Shown piece after piece: positions 51,355-60,983 of a DNA stretch of 64,000 nt. Within the stretch, counting starts at the first letter, position 1, and every line of letters starts with the position of its first letter. The notes beneath the pieces are model-generated. The model was not told the DNA's origin. It saw only the letters and a list, made by a program, of their open reading frames with translations, and ran no database searches. A program made the position numbers and the translations under genes. The stretch is from an uncultured Candidatus Binatia bacterium. GTDB taxonomy: Bacteria; Desulfobacterota; Binatia; UBA9968; JAJDTQ01. The DNA lies in contig OZ244070.1 of NCBI GenBank assembly GCA_965215605.1, positions 2,368,001 through 2,432,000 on the forward strand, read 5' to 3'.

Positions 51355-52437
51355 GTGGCGGGGATTCCCAGGCTACTCGCCTGGGGCCTCCTGTTGATGG
51401 TCCTGTCCGGCTGCTCCGCGGAATACTACATCCGGGCCGCCTACGAGGAGGGCCGGATCCTGTGGCGCCGCAAGCCCATCGCCGCCATGCTGGCGGAGGA
51501 GGGGCTCGCGCCGGAGGTCCGCCGGAAGCTCGAGATGGTGCTGGAGGTCCGCGACTATGCCGCCGGCCAGCTCCGGCTCAACGTCGGCGGCAGCTACGCG
51601 ACCCATTCCCACGTGGACCGCCCGGTGCTGCTGCACGTGCTGACGGCGGTTCCCAAGACCTCTCTCGAGCCCTACACATGGTGGTTCCCGTTCGTGGGCC
51701 GCGTCCCCTACAAGGGCTACTTCGATCCGGACGAAGCCCGCGAGGAAGCCGAGTCGCTGGCGCAGAAGGGTTACGATACCAACATCCGCGCGGCCGGCGC
51801 CTTCAGCACCCTGGGCTGGTTCGACGACCCGCTGCTCGGCCGCCTCCTGAAGCTCGACCGGGTGAGCCTCGCGGACGTGGTGCTGCACGAGCTGCTCCAC
51901 AACACGCTGTTCGTGAAGGGCTCGGTGGCCTTCAACGAAAGCTTGGCCAACTTCGTCGGCAAGCGCGGCGCCATCGATTTCTTTGAACGACGCCGCGGCC
52001 CCGGGAGCCCCGAAGCCGAGGCCGCCCGCCGGGCGTGGCGGGAAGAGCTGGAGTTCTCCGGGCTGATGATGGAGCTGACACGGTGCCTGCGGGCGCTGTA
52101 CGCGGAGCCGGTGCCCGAGGCGGACAAGCTGAGCCGCCGCGAGCAGGTGTTCGCCCGGAGCCGGCGGCAGTGGGCCGAGGCGCTGGCCGGGAGCGCGGGA
52201 CACCGGCACGCTTGGTTCAGCCGCCAACCCCTGGACAACGCCGTTATCCTGCAGCACCTGCTGTACGTCACCCACCTGGAGCGTTTCGAGGCTCTCCACC
52301 GGCGGGAAGGCCGACAAGTGAGCCGGACCATCGAGGCCGTGCGCGCCGCCGGCGATCCGTTCGATGCGTTGCCTGACACGAGCGCCGGCGGAACTTCCAG
52401 GGAGGGTATGACCTACGGGATTTGTGAGGCGCCGTGA
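51355..52437 (+). CDS. Putative Zn aminopeptidase lipoprotein (DUF2265-like)
   Basis: Lipobox LSGC, WWFPFVGRVPYKGYF, AFSTLGWFDDP, HELLH, FNESLA; start uncertain (51313-51397). Confidence 0.85.
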   Translation: MAGIPRLLAWGLLLMVLSGCSAEYYIRAAYEEGRILWRRKPIAAMLAEEGLAPEVRRKLEMVLEVRDYAAGQLRLNVGGSYATHSHVDRPVLLHVLTAVPKTSLEPYTWWFPFVGRVPYKGYFDPDEAREEAESLAQKGYDTNIRAAGAFSTLGWFDDPLLGRLLKLDRVSLADVVLHELLHNTLFVKGSVAFNESLANFVGKRGAIDFFERRRGPGSPEAEAARRAWREELEFSGLMMELTRCLRALYAEPVPEADKLSRREQVFARSRRQWAEALAGSAGHRHAWFSRQPLDNAVILQHLLYVTHLERFEALHRREGRQVSRTIEAVRAAGDPFDALPDTSAGGTSREGMTYGICEAP

Positions 52438-52766
52438 AAAAGCTGTTGGCCATCATCCGGCTCCGGTGCCCCCGCTGCGCCGCCGGCCCCATCTTCGCCC
52501 GCCTCCTGAGGATGAATCCCCGCTGCCCGGTCTGCGGCCTTGAGTTCGAGCGCGAGCAGGGCTACTTTGTCGGCGCCATGTACTTCAGCTACGCACTGGC
52601 CATCGCGGAGGTCCTTCCTGTGATCGTCACCATGCTGCTGCTCGGCTTCGGCGCCGCCCCCATCTACATCGCGTGCTGCCTCGTGCTGATGGTTTCCGCC
52701 CCGTTCCTGTTCCGCTACTCCCGGGTCATCTGGATCCACCTCGACCAAGTGATCGATCCGAGGTAG
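52434..52766 (+). CDS. DUF983 family membrane protein
   Basis: CPRC...CPVC zinc-ribbon, EQGYFVGAMY, two TM helices, YSRVIW. Confidence 0.8.
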   Translation: MKKLLAIIRLRCPRCAAGPIFARLLRMNPRCPVCGLEFEREQGYFVGAMYFSYALAIAEVLPVIVTMLLLGFGAAPIYIACCLVLMVSAPFLFRYSRVIWIHLDQVIDPR

Positions 52767-52816
52767 GGGAACCGCTGTCAGGAATGACGACCCTGTGGCC
52801 GGCCACGCCATTAGCG

Positions 52817-53251
52817 TCAAGCACGTTCCAACCAAGCTTCTCTTGATAGCCAAAGCTCCACGCGTCCTGTCTTGCGACTGCCTCGGCGTTTTTGTTCAGA
52901 CGGTGGCAGGTAGATTTTGGCAACGAAGGGAGGGCTGTGTCTATTCAGGAAACGTTCTATCTTGTGGATACAGGAAACGAAATTTTCGGCCAGCGTTCTG
53001 TGGTTGGCGTGACCGACGACGAGAAAGAATCCGACACCGGCTCGCATTACGGCATTCAACTCATTCTGCCTGTAGCGGATGCGTTTGTCCTTTGAGACTA
53101 CAAACCACCCGTTGCCTCCGACCTCTGGCAACCAGACGTCGTCGGGTGTGTTGTCGGGGAAATGGGCATCATGCTTTTCGACGTGAATGCCCGCATCTGA
53201 CAGAATTTGAGGAAACAACGAGCCCAGATCACGGTCCGTAAAGAAGATCAC
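52817..53251 (-). CDS. PIN-like (VapC45-type) toxin
   Basis: FFTDRDLG, D..WL, VVSKDKRIRY...E. Confidence 0.8.
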   Translation of the reverse strand: MIFFTDRDLGSLFPQILSDAGIHVEKHDAHFPDNTPDDVWLPEVGGNGWFVVSKDKRIRYRQNELNAVMRAGVGFFLVVGHANHRTLAENFVSCIHKIERFLNRHSPPFVAKIYLPPSEQKRRGSRKTGRVELWLSREAWLERA

Positions 53252-53253
53252 AC

Positions 53254-53955
53254 TCAGGCTGCCTGTTCATAGACCAATGCATCCTTCACTTCCTGGCATT
53301 CAAGGCCGTAGTCTTCCGCGATTTCTTCCTCGGTCTCACCGGCATTGATGCGATCGACGATAGCCGCCGTCGAGATGCCACGGCGGGCAATGACCGGACG
53401 CCCGAAAGCGAGTCGCGCATCCATCATGATCGTATGGTTATCACCGGGATACAGCCTCACCGGTATGTCCAGTTCATCGCGTTCGATCCGTGCCAGATGA
53501 TCCTTCAGGATATGCTTGATGGCGATTTGGCCGGCTCTTGTCAGATTCACCAGGTCACCATACCGTTCAAGAAATAACTCTCCGCCGCCGGCCTGTAGTT
53601 CTGGAGAGAGGAACAGCCGCTTTGTATGGCAGGCACGTTCTGCCACACTCATCGCTTGACGTGCCGCCAAGATCGACACCCCGTGTTTCGTTCTCAATGC
53701 CCGCAACGTGTATGCCTCAACGATGTTGTTGAAGGAGAGGCGGATCGGGGCGTACTCGGGAGTAGCGATCAGCGTATGAAAAGCCGGTCGCGGAGATTTC
53801 CAGGGGCTTGAACGGTCAACGACCCAAGAGCGGAGCGTCTGCGGGGGAATCCGCACATAGCGTGCCGCTTCAACCACGGTGTACGCGGCGATATCCCTGG
53901 GATCCCTGTCTCCGTATATGTTCCTCGTCTTCGACTTCGGTTTTTGAGTTGCCAT
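53254..53955 (-). CDS. DUF433-containing antitoxin (VapB45-like)
   Basis: YTVVEAARY..IP..TLRSW HTH, LSFNNIVE, FGRPVI..RGI, AGE..EEIAEDYGL; start MATQKP. Confidence 0.85.
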   Translation of the reverse strand: MATQKPKSKTRNIYGDRDPRDIAAYTVVEAARYVRIPPQTLRSWVVDRSSPWKSPRPAFHTLIATPEYAPIRLSFNNIVEAYTLRALRTKHGVSILAARQAMSVAERACHTKRLFLSPELQAGGGELFLERYGDLVNLTRAGQIAIKHILKDHLARIERDELDIPVRLYPGDNHTIMMDARLAFGRPVIARRGISTAAIVDRINAGETEEEIAEDYGLECQEVKDALVYEQAA

Positions 53956-54141
53956 TCCGTTGCGTCCTACCCCCAGCCCCCTCACAAGATGATGCTCGGT
54001 TGCGGGTCCTTGCGGGGGACGATACCATGACGGCAACATCCCCCTCAAGTATATCGGGTGCGAGACTCCAACGCACTGAGAACCAGGAGCGGTACAGACC
54101 GTTGCCACTTGGGGATGCCGGGCCAATGAAGGGGTAGCTAT

Positions 54142-54633
54142 ATGGCTGAGGGCGCCGACGACGGGTTGAGATTCGCCGCCGACAAGATGCTGGGGCGGCT
54201 GGCCAAGTGGCTCCGGATCATCGGCCAGGACGTCATCTGCGGCCAGCATCTGTCCGGGCACGGGCTGGCGCGGACGGCAGCCCGGGAGCGGCGGGTCATC
54301 CTGACCCGGGACCGCAAGGTCTACCGCCGGAACCGGGACCAAAGCATCTTCATCCGGGACGACCACTTCCGCGGGCAGTTGAAGCAGGTGGTGGAAGAGT
54401 TCGGGCTGGACCCTTTCGGCGGTCTCCTGACCCGTTGTGTCGAGTGCAATTCGCCGCTCCAGCCCATCGCCAGGGAGCAGGTCGCCGACACCGTGCCGCC
54501 CTACGTGTACGAGACTCAGGAGGTCTTTTCGCTTTGCCGGGGCTGCCGCCGGGTCTTCTGGCCGGCCACTCACCAGCAGCTTATGGTGGAAGAACTCAAG
54601 CGCCTTGGGTTCGCCGCACCTGGAAATAGATAG
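54142..54633 (+). CDS. Mut7-C RNase domain protein
   Basis: DKMLGRLAKWLRIIGQD, ILTRD, RCVECN, CRGCRRVFWPATH. Confidence 0.9.
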   Translation: MAEGADDGLRFAADKMLGRLAKWLRIIGQDVICGQHLSGHGLARTAARERRVILTRDRKVYRRNRDQSIFIRDDHFRGQLKQVVEEFGLDPFGGLLTRCVECNSPLQPIAREQVADTVPPYVYETQEVFSLCRGCRRVFWPATHQQLMVEELKRLGFAAPGNR

Positions 54634-54660
54634 GGGCGTGTGTTAGGTTGAGCCAATCGT

Positions 54661-54774
54661 TCAGAGGCCTGGAACGCTACGGCCCTCCCGAGATCTTCAA
54701 CACCGACCAGGGCAGCCAGTTCACCAGCCTGGAGTTCACCTCCGTGCTCAAGGACGCCGGCGTCGCCATCTCCA

Positions 54775-54775
<1 letters not shown>
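54661..54775 (+). mobile_element. Internal fragment of the IS3 element (no ends)
   Basis: Matches 44576-44691 except for a 1-nt deletion near its start. Confidence 0.9.
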
Positions 54776-54857
<82 letters not shown>

Positions 54858-54890
54858 TATCTCCGGGCGCCGATCCAGACACCAGTTGAT

Positions 54891-54930
54891 ACAAGACCCC
54901 GAGGGTAAGCTCTCGGGGTCTTGTCGTTTC
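54891..54930 (+). terminator. Hairpin terminator between the tRNA and the convergent GFA gene
   Basis: ACAAGACCCCGAG / CTCGGGGTCTTGT 13-bp stem. Confidence 0.7.
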
Positions 54931-54955
54931 CGGCGTTGCGAACCGGGTTCCTCTT

Positions 54956-55387
54956 TCAGGACGGATCAGGCCAGACGAAGTCGGGGCGAAGCCCTTCATG
55001 GACCGGGCGGCCGTCGTCCGGCCTCGGGACGCCGGTGGCCGGATCGTAGAAGGCATGATAGGCGGCCGGCATGCTGTCCGGGTCAAAGCCCATCAGGTTC
55101 GGCGCGATCGCGCGAATACGCCCCATCTTGTCATCGAGCATGATGGGCGTGCCGCAGTCCGTGCACGTGCACAGCTCCAGGGGACCATCCGGGTTCTGAT
55201 CGTTGAACGGCTGGCGGTTCAGGCCGTCGGGGTTGTCGACGACGATGTCGCCGTGAGCGAAAAACGCCACATGGGTCGTGGCCTGTCCCGTAACGCGCTT
55301 GCAGACGGAGCAGTGACAGGTGTGGACGTCGATCGGATCGTTGTCCGAGCTAGTGTGTATGTGGTCGCACCCTCCAGAATAAGCCAT
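54956..55387 (-). CDS. GFA (glutathione-dependent formaldehyde-activating / CENP-V) family protein
   Basis: GGC, CHCSVCKR, CTDCGTP Zn ligands; start MAYSGGC after AAGGAGG. Confidence 0.8.
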   Translation of the reverse strand: MAYSGGCDHIHTSSDNDPIDVHTCHCSVCKRVTGQATTHVAFFAHGDIVVDNPDGLNRQPFNDQNPDGPLELCTCTDCGTPIMLDDKMGRIRAIAPNLMGFDPDSMPAAYHAFYDPATGVPRPDDGRPVHEGLRPDFVWPDPS

Positions 55388-55560
55388 GTTTCCCTCCTTG
55401 TCGTCTGCGCCCAACAGCGCTGCCCACGATGAGCCCCTTGGCGGGGCATCCCCTTCGACAGCGTCGCATACTATCCCAGGCAGTGTTTCCAATGCAACAA
55501 TTGGATGTCTGGTAGTGCTTCAGTTGATACACTTCGGATGTTTGGGACGGCATTCCGACC

Positions 55561-55607
55561 TTGACCAGCGTTATCTCATATGATAAGTTAATATAACTCA
55601 TATGATA
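55561..55607 (+). promoter_or_regulatory. Promoter with tandem palindromic operators
   Basis: TTGACC-17-TAAGTT; CTCATATGATA at 55575 and 55597 (core palindrome TCATATGA, 22 bp apart). Confidence 0.6.
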
Positions 55608-55626
55608 TATTACGAGACTTGAGAGA

Positions 55627-56043
55627 ATGGCGCGTCCACTTCAAGGCACTCCCGGCGAATCAATCCTCAGGCCCCTCGGGGACCGCGACAGGATCGCGGT
55701 GGTCGTAAAGGCCGTGGTGCGGGCGGCCGATGCGTGGGGTTTGAGCAACATCGAGGCCGCAGCCCTTTTCGACGTTCCCACGGCCACCTGGAGCCGCATG
55801 AAGGCCGGCAGTTACAGGGGCACGCTCGATCAGGACAAGGTGACACGGGCCAGCCTGATCATCGGGTTGTTCAACGGTCTCGCGTCGCTCTTCAACGGCC
55901 CGCTGGCCTACGGTTGGCCGAAGGTTCCCAATACCGGTCGCGGCTTCGAGGGCAAGACCCCGGTCCAGGTCATGTGCGAAGGCGGCATCCCCGCCATGAT
56001 GAAGGTACGCCAGCACATCGACGCGTTGAGGGGTGGTGCATGA
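55627..56043 (+). CDS. Xre/MbcA/ParS antitoxin
   Basis: AWGLS..EAAALF HTH, W...PN...F.G.TP, VRQHIDALRGG. Confidence 0.9.
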   Translation: MARPLQGTPGESILRPLGDRDRIAVVVKAVVRAADAWGLSNIEAAALFDVPTATWSRMKAGSYRGTLDQDKVTRASLIIGLFNGLASLFNGPLAYGWPKVPNTGRGFEGKTPVQVMCEGGIPAMMKVRQHIDALRGGA

Positions 56044-56753
56044 TCCGCGCGGCGGACCTCCCGGTCCGCGACGTAGTCGAACCCGCGACCGTCCGGCTGG
56101 TCACGGCCGGCTACCTGGAACAGCCGGCCATGGCGCTGCTCGCGGACAACCCGGCCGAGGTCGCGATTCTGAAAGAGATCGAAGGACTCACCTCGGCCGA
56201 GGCCCCCTCATCGCCGGCGGTCCCGTCCGGTATCCAACCGGGGGAGTTGCTGACGGAAGCGGACGGGTACGGCTGGAACTACGTGAACGCGGCATTCTGC
56301 CACACGCGCTCCACGGGTAACCGGTTCAACGGCCCGGAACGTGGAGCCTGGTATGCGTCGTACGGGAACAACGCGACGGACACGGCCAAGGCCGAGGTTG
56401 CGTGGCACCTCACGCGCGAGCTTCGCGCCACCGGCATCTACGAGAACATCACAGAATACCGGGAGCTTCTGGCTGGCTTCGTAAGCCGGTTCCATGATCT
56501 CGGCGAGAGGACGGGGGAGGCCGTATTCAGCGAGGACCCGGCCGAAGCCTATCCCGCGGGGCAGGCGCTGGCCCGGGACATCCTGGCGGTTGGCGGCAAC
56601 GGTGTGCTGTACCCGTCCGCTCGCTACGAAGGCGGGTGGTGTCTGGCTGCGCTGCGGCCGAATCTCGTACAGAATGTCCGCGAGGGAGAAACCTGGCTGT
56701 TCAGGTGGGCGGGGTCGGCGGAAGTGGAGATATCGAGGTCGGAGGTATCGTGA
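56040..56753 (+). CDS. RES domain toxin (NAD+ phosphorylase-type)
   Basis: TVRL, NRFNGPERGAWYA, AEVAWH, GVLYPSAR; ATGA overlap with the antitoxin. Confidence 0.9.
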   Translation: MIRAADLPVRDVVEPATVRLVTAGYLEQPAMALLADNPAEVAILKEIEGLTSAEAPSSPAVPSGIQPGELLTEADGYGWNYVNAAFCHTRSTGNRFNGPERGAWYASYGNNATDTAKAEVAWHLTRELRATGIYENITEYRELLAGFVSRFHDLGERTGEAVFSEDPAEAYPAGQALARDILAVGGNGVLYPSARYEGGWCLAALRPNLVQNVREGETWLFRWAGSAEVEISRSEVS

Positions 56754-58207
56754 TGGCGGAGAAACGGCGCTCAGAGGGACGATTCCGGACAAGCAGGTTG
56801 GGTACGGGTGTGGACGGAGCAATGCTGGCCGCTATCGTAATCGTCGCTGCCCTCGCCATCCTTTCGGGTCTCGTGCTCGGTTTCACCGGGCAACAGGTTG
56901 CATCGCTCGCGGTTTTGTCTGTGGCCCTTGCGATAGGTGTCTGGACCTTGGCCAGACGCAGGGCCGCCTCGGCCGCGGATACGGAAGGATCGGCTACGGA
57001 TATGGAAAGATCGACCGAGGAGGCTGGTGTCGCCGTGGTCCGGGATGACGGAGTACCGGGGCATCCGGAGGGACAGATTATAGAATTCGAAGGACAAAAA
57101 CTCGGCGTCATTGACTTCGGTACAGACTTGAGCGGTGTATTGAGACGTCAAATAGACAAGAACATCCTTGCGCGTGGGGAACCCTTTCGATCCGGGGGGA
57201 TACTGGATACGGCTTTTCTACCGATTGCCGGCGCTGGGGCTGCCGCGACATCTGCCTTGCTCGCGGGCAACGTCTTCCTGGCGACGGCCAACCCCGCTAC
57301 CTTGATGCAAATCGGCACCGGTGTCGGTTCGGCCGTGATGGGGCCGGCAGGTATCGTCGCACAAGCGCCATTCGTTGCGGCAAGTGGTGCCATTCTGCCG
57401 GTTGTCGCGCCTGTCATGCTCTTCACGACGCTATCGTCAATGATGATTGGCGCTCGCCTGGACCAGGTTCAAGGTTCTCTCGACCAATTGGCGAAGGCGG
57501 TGGAGCAATTGCTCGTCCGTCACACCGCAGATGACTACGCTGCTCTTGCCAGCGCGTTGGGACGACTGCGGGATGTTTCCGAAGAGTTCGACGGATGCCG
57601 GCGTTTTACGGATGATATGAGGACCCGCCTGGCACTGGCGGAAAGAGATCTGAACGTCCTGCGCCACAAGTACGTTTTTCTTTTGAAGAGGCCTGTTGGA
57701 TCCGAGCTCGAGGCCAAGCTTGCCCTGTCCGATATCGAGTTGTTCACGGCCGCGAGTCTCGCGGATATCCAGGTCGACCATCTCCGGTCAAAGCTGGCTC
57801 TTCAGGACAATCCGGATGATGCCTACAGAAGGTTTTCCGCGTTAAACTCACGGATAAACGACTACGAAAAGTCTTTCAGAGATCTCTTGGAGAATGACTC
57901 GATCGAAGAATACCGCGAGGATCTGCAGAATTCTGTCGGCCGCATGGGGTGGTGGGAAAGGAACGTTTCTCGGCGGGGGGCGCGCATGGAAAAGGAGGCG
58001 GAGATAGACAAGATTCAATCAGGGCCGGAGCGCAGTCTCGTAACGTTGCGGTCCCATATTTCAGAACTGTTGGACGACCTTGCCTCACTGAAGGATGTCG
58101 GGCAGAAACAAGCGATCATCTACTATCGAGAGAATGGCGGGCGTGGGGACTTGAAGGCTTACTACACCAGCGATTGGGAGCTTCAGGAGCAGCCCCACGA
58201 CCGGTGA
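56753..58207 (+). CDS. Hypothetical membrane-anchored helical protein (484 aa)
   Basis: GGAGG SD, TGATG coupling to the RES stop; two N-terminal TM segments, central Gly/Ala hydrophobic stretch, charged helical C-half. Confidence 0.8.
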   Translation: MAEKRRSEGRFRTSRLGTGVDGAMLAAIVIVAALAILSGLVLGFTGQQVASLAVLSVALAIGVWTLARRRAASAADTEGSATDMERSTEEAGVAVVRDDGVPGHPEGQIIEFEGQKLGVIDFGTDLSGVLRRQIDKNILARGEPFRSGGILDTAFLPIAGAGAAATSALLAGNVFLATANPATLMQIGTGVGSAVMGPAGIVAQAPFVAASGAILPVVAPVMLFTTLSSMMIGARLDQVQGSLDQLAKAVEQLLVRHTADDYAALASALGRLRDVSEEFDGCRRFTDDMRTRLALAERDLNVLRHKYVFLLKRPVGSELEAKLALSDIELFTAASLADIQVDHLRSKLALQDNPDDAYRRFSALNSRINDYEKSFRDLLENDSIEEYREDLQNSVGRMGWWERNVSRRGARMEKEAEIDKIQSGPERSLVTLRSHISELLDDLASLKDVGQKQAIIYYRENGGRGDLKAYYTSDWELQEQPHDR

Positions 58208-58217
58208 GTGAGCGGTT

Positions 58218-60983
58218 ATGGCAAGCCCCAACCAAACCCCCGAACAGGCCGCGCGGGACAAGATCGACGGGATGTTGTCCCAGTCGGGATGGTTCGTTCA
58301 GGACAAGAAGAAGATCGACTTCAGCGCTGGCCTTGGGGTCGCGGTTCGCGAGTATCAGACCGACGTCGGCCCGGCGGACTACGTTCTCTTCGTCGACAAG
58401 AAGCCGGTTGGGGTCGTCGAGGCCAAACCGGCAGTATGGGGGGAGAAGATCACCACGGTCGAGGAGCAGTCTTCCGCCTATGCCGCCGCCAGACTCAAGT
58501 GGGTGAACAACGAGGAGCCGCTGCCGTTCGTCTACGAGTCCACCGGCGTGTTGACCCGTTTCACCGACGGGCGCGATCCCAGGCCTCGCTCCCGCGAGGT
58601 GTTCGGCTTTCCCCGGCCGGAGACCGTACAGGACTGGCGCGCCCAGCCGTCCTCGCTCCGCAAGCGGCTCCAGGGACTTCCGGAGTTGGACCCGGCCGGC
58701 CTGCGGGCGTGCCAAGTCAACGCCATCGAGAAGCTGGAGGCGTCGTTCAGGGACGACCGCCCGCGCGCGCTCATCCAGATGGCCACGGGCTCCGGCAAGA
58801 CCTACACCGCCATCACATCCATCTACCGGCTCCTCAAGCACGCCGACGCCAAGCGGGTCCTCTTTCTGGTGGACACCAGGAACCTGGGCGAGCAGGCCGA
58901 GCAGGAGTTCATGGCCTACCTGCCCGGCGACGACAACCGCAAGTTCACCGAGCTCTACAACGTGCAGCGGCTCAGGTCGTCCTACGTCGCGGGGGACAGC
59001 CAGGTCTGCATCAGCACCATCCAGCGCGTGTACTCGCTCCTGAAGGGCCAGGAGATGGACGAGTCCGCGGAGGACATCAATCCCGCGGAACTGGTCCAGC
59101 CCAGACAACCCATGTCGGTGGTCTACAACGACAGGACTCCGCCGGAGTTCTTCGACTTCGTCATCATCGACGAGTGCCATCGGTCGATCTACAACCTCTG
59201 GCGTCAGGTCCTGGAGTACTTCGACGCCTATCTCATCGGCCTCACCGCCACGCCGGACAGCCGCACCTACGGGTTCTTCAGGAAGAACGTCGTCAGCGAA
59301 TACGACCACGAGCAGGCTGTGGCCGACGGCGTCAACGTGGGTAACGAAGTCTACGCCATCGACACGGAGAGGACCCGCCACGGCGGCCAACTCAAAACAG
59401 ACCAGCGGATCGAGAAGCGCGAGCGCCTGACGCGCCGGAGGCGCTGGACGGTACAGGACGAGGACACCACCTACGCCGCCAACCAGCTCGACCGCAGCGT
59501 GGTGAACCCGGACCAGATCCGCACCGTCGCCCGCGCCTTCCGCGACAAGCTGCCGGAGATATTCCCCGGCCGCCGGGAAGTCCCGAAGACGCTGGTCTTC
59601 GCCAAGACTGACAGCCACGCCGACGACATCATCCAGACCGTGCGCGAGGAGTTCGGTGAGGGCAACGAGTTCTGCAAGAAGATCACCTACCGGGTCGAGG
59701 AAGACCCGAGGTCCGTCCTCGCCCAGTTCCGCAACGACTACTACCCGCGCATCGCAGTGACCGTGGACATGATCGCCACCGGCACCGACGTAAAGCCGCT
59801 GGAATGCCTGCTGTTCATGCGCGACGTGCGGAGCCGCAACTACTTCGAGCAGATGAAAGGCCGCGGCACCCGCACCCTCGGCCACGATGATCTCAGGAAG
59901 GTCACGCCGTCGGCCCTTACCGCGAAGACCCACTACGTCATCGTGGACGCCGTGGGGGTCACGAAGTCGCTCAAGACCGCCAGCCGGCCGCTCATCACCA
60001 AGCCTTCCGTACCGCTCAAGGACCTCGCCATGGGAGTGATGATGGGAGCGCGCGACGAGGACACGGTGGCGTCCCTGGCCGGACGCCTCGCCCGGCTCGA
60101 CCAGCAACTCGACCCGACCGAGAAGGAACGGATCAAGGCCAAGGCCGGGGGCGCCGAACTGACGAAGATTGTCGGCAATCTCCTGGCCGCCATCGATCCG
60201 GACCGCATCGACGAGAAGGCCCGCGAGATCGAGCCCGTGTCTGAAGACGTGAGGCCGTCGCCCGTGGCGTACGACAAGGCGCGGGAACACTTGGTCGACG
60301 CCGCCGCGGCCGTCTTCAACGGGGAGTTGATCGAGTTGATCGACTCCATCCGCCGCGACAACGAACAGACCATCGACCACGAAAGCCTGGACACTGTCCT
60401 CCGCGCCGAATGGGAGGGCGCCGCACACGAGAACGCTAAGGCCATGGTGCAGGACTTCCGGACCTACCTGGAAGCTCACTGCGACGAGATCGAAGCCCTC
60501 ACGATCTTCTACGGCCAACCGCATCGCCGCCGGGAGCTGACCTACGCCATCATCCGGGACGTGTTCGACAGGCTCAGGAGCGATCGGCCCCTGTTGTCCC
60601 CCTTGCGGGTGTGGCAGGCCTACGCCCTGCTGGATGAATACAAGGGCAGCCAACCCGCCGGCGAGTTGACCGCGCTGGTCGCCTTGATCCGCCGGGTCTG
60701 TGGCATCGACGCGACCCTGTCGCCCTACGCCGAAACCGTGCGCCGCAATTTCCAGAACTGGATCATGACCCACCACAGCGGCGGCGGCGAGAAGTTCAAC
60801 GAGGAACAGATGGAGTGGCTCCGCATGATCCGGGACCACATCAGCCAGTCCTTTCACCTGGAACACCGCGACCTGGACATGGCGCCGTTCGACGGCAAGG
60901 GCGGCATGGGGCGGATGTACAAGTTGTTCGGCGAACGGATGGATGGCGTGATTGACGAGTTGAATGAGGCGTTGGTGGGATGA
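58218..60983 (+). CDS. hsdR: Type I restriction enzyme subunit R (EcoEI-like C-terminus)
   Basis: ADYVL...VVEAK nuclease motif, MATGSGKT, IIDECHRS, GLTATP, ATGTD, QMKGRGTR. Confidence 0.92.
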   Translation: MASPNQTPEQAARDKIDGMLSQSGWFVQDKKKIDFSAGLGVAVREYQTDVGPADYVLFVDKKPVGVVEAKPAVWGEKITTVEEQSSAYAAARLKWVNNEEPLPFVYESTGVLTRFTDGRDPRPRSREVFGFPRPETVQDWRAQPSSLRKRLQGLPELDPAGLRACQVNAIEKLEASFRDDRPRALIQMATGSGKTYTAITSIYRLLKHADAKRVLFLVDTRNLGEQAEQEFMAYLPGDDNRKFTELYNVQRLRSSYVAGDSQVCISTIQRVYSLLKGQEMDESAEDINPAELVQPRQPMSVVYNDRTPPEFFDFVIIDECHRSIYNLWRQVLEYFDAYLIGLTATPDSRTYGFFRKNVVSEYDHEQAVADGVNVGNEVYAIDTERTRHGGQLKTDQRIEKRERLTRRRRWTVQDEDTTYAANQLDRSVVNPDQIRTVARAFRDKLPEIFPGRREVPKTLVFAKTDSHADDIIQTVREEFGEGNEFCKKITYRVEEDPRSVLAQFRNDYYPRIAVTVDMIATGTDVKPLECLLFMRDVRSRNYFEQMKGRGTRTLGHDDLRKVTPSALTAKTHYVIVDAVGVTKSLKTASRPLITKPSVPLKDLAMGVMMGARDEDTVASLAGRLARLDQQLDPTEKERIKAKAGGAELTKIVGNLLAAIDPDRIDEKAREIEPVSEDVRPSPVAYDKAREHLVDAAAAVFNGELIELIDSIRRDNEQTIDHESLDTVLRAEWEGAAHENAKAMVQDFRTYLEAHCDEIEALTIFYGQPHRRRELTYAIIRDVFDRLRSDRPLLSPLRVWQAYALLDEYKGSQPAGELTALVALIRRVCGIDATLSPYAETVRRNFQNWIMTHHSGGGEKFNEEQMEWLRMIRDHISQSFHLEHRDLDMAPFDGKGGMGRMYKLFGERMDGVIDELNEALVG

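Noticed and set aside
53956-54573. Long N-terminal extension of the 439-aa DUF433 ORF
   Set aside because: It overlaps the Mut7-C gene on the opposite strand; the real start is most likely ATG 53955
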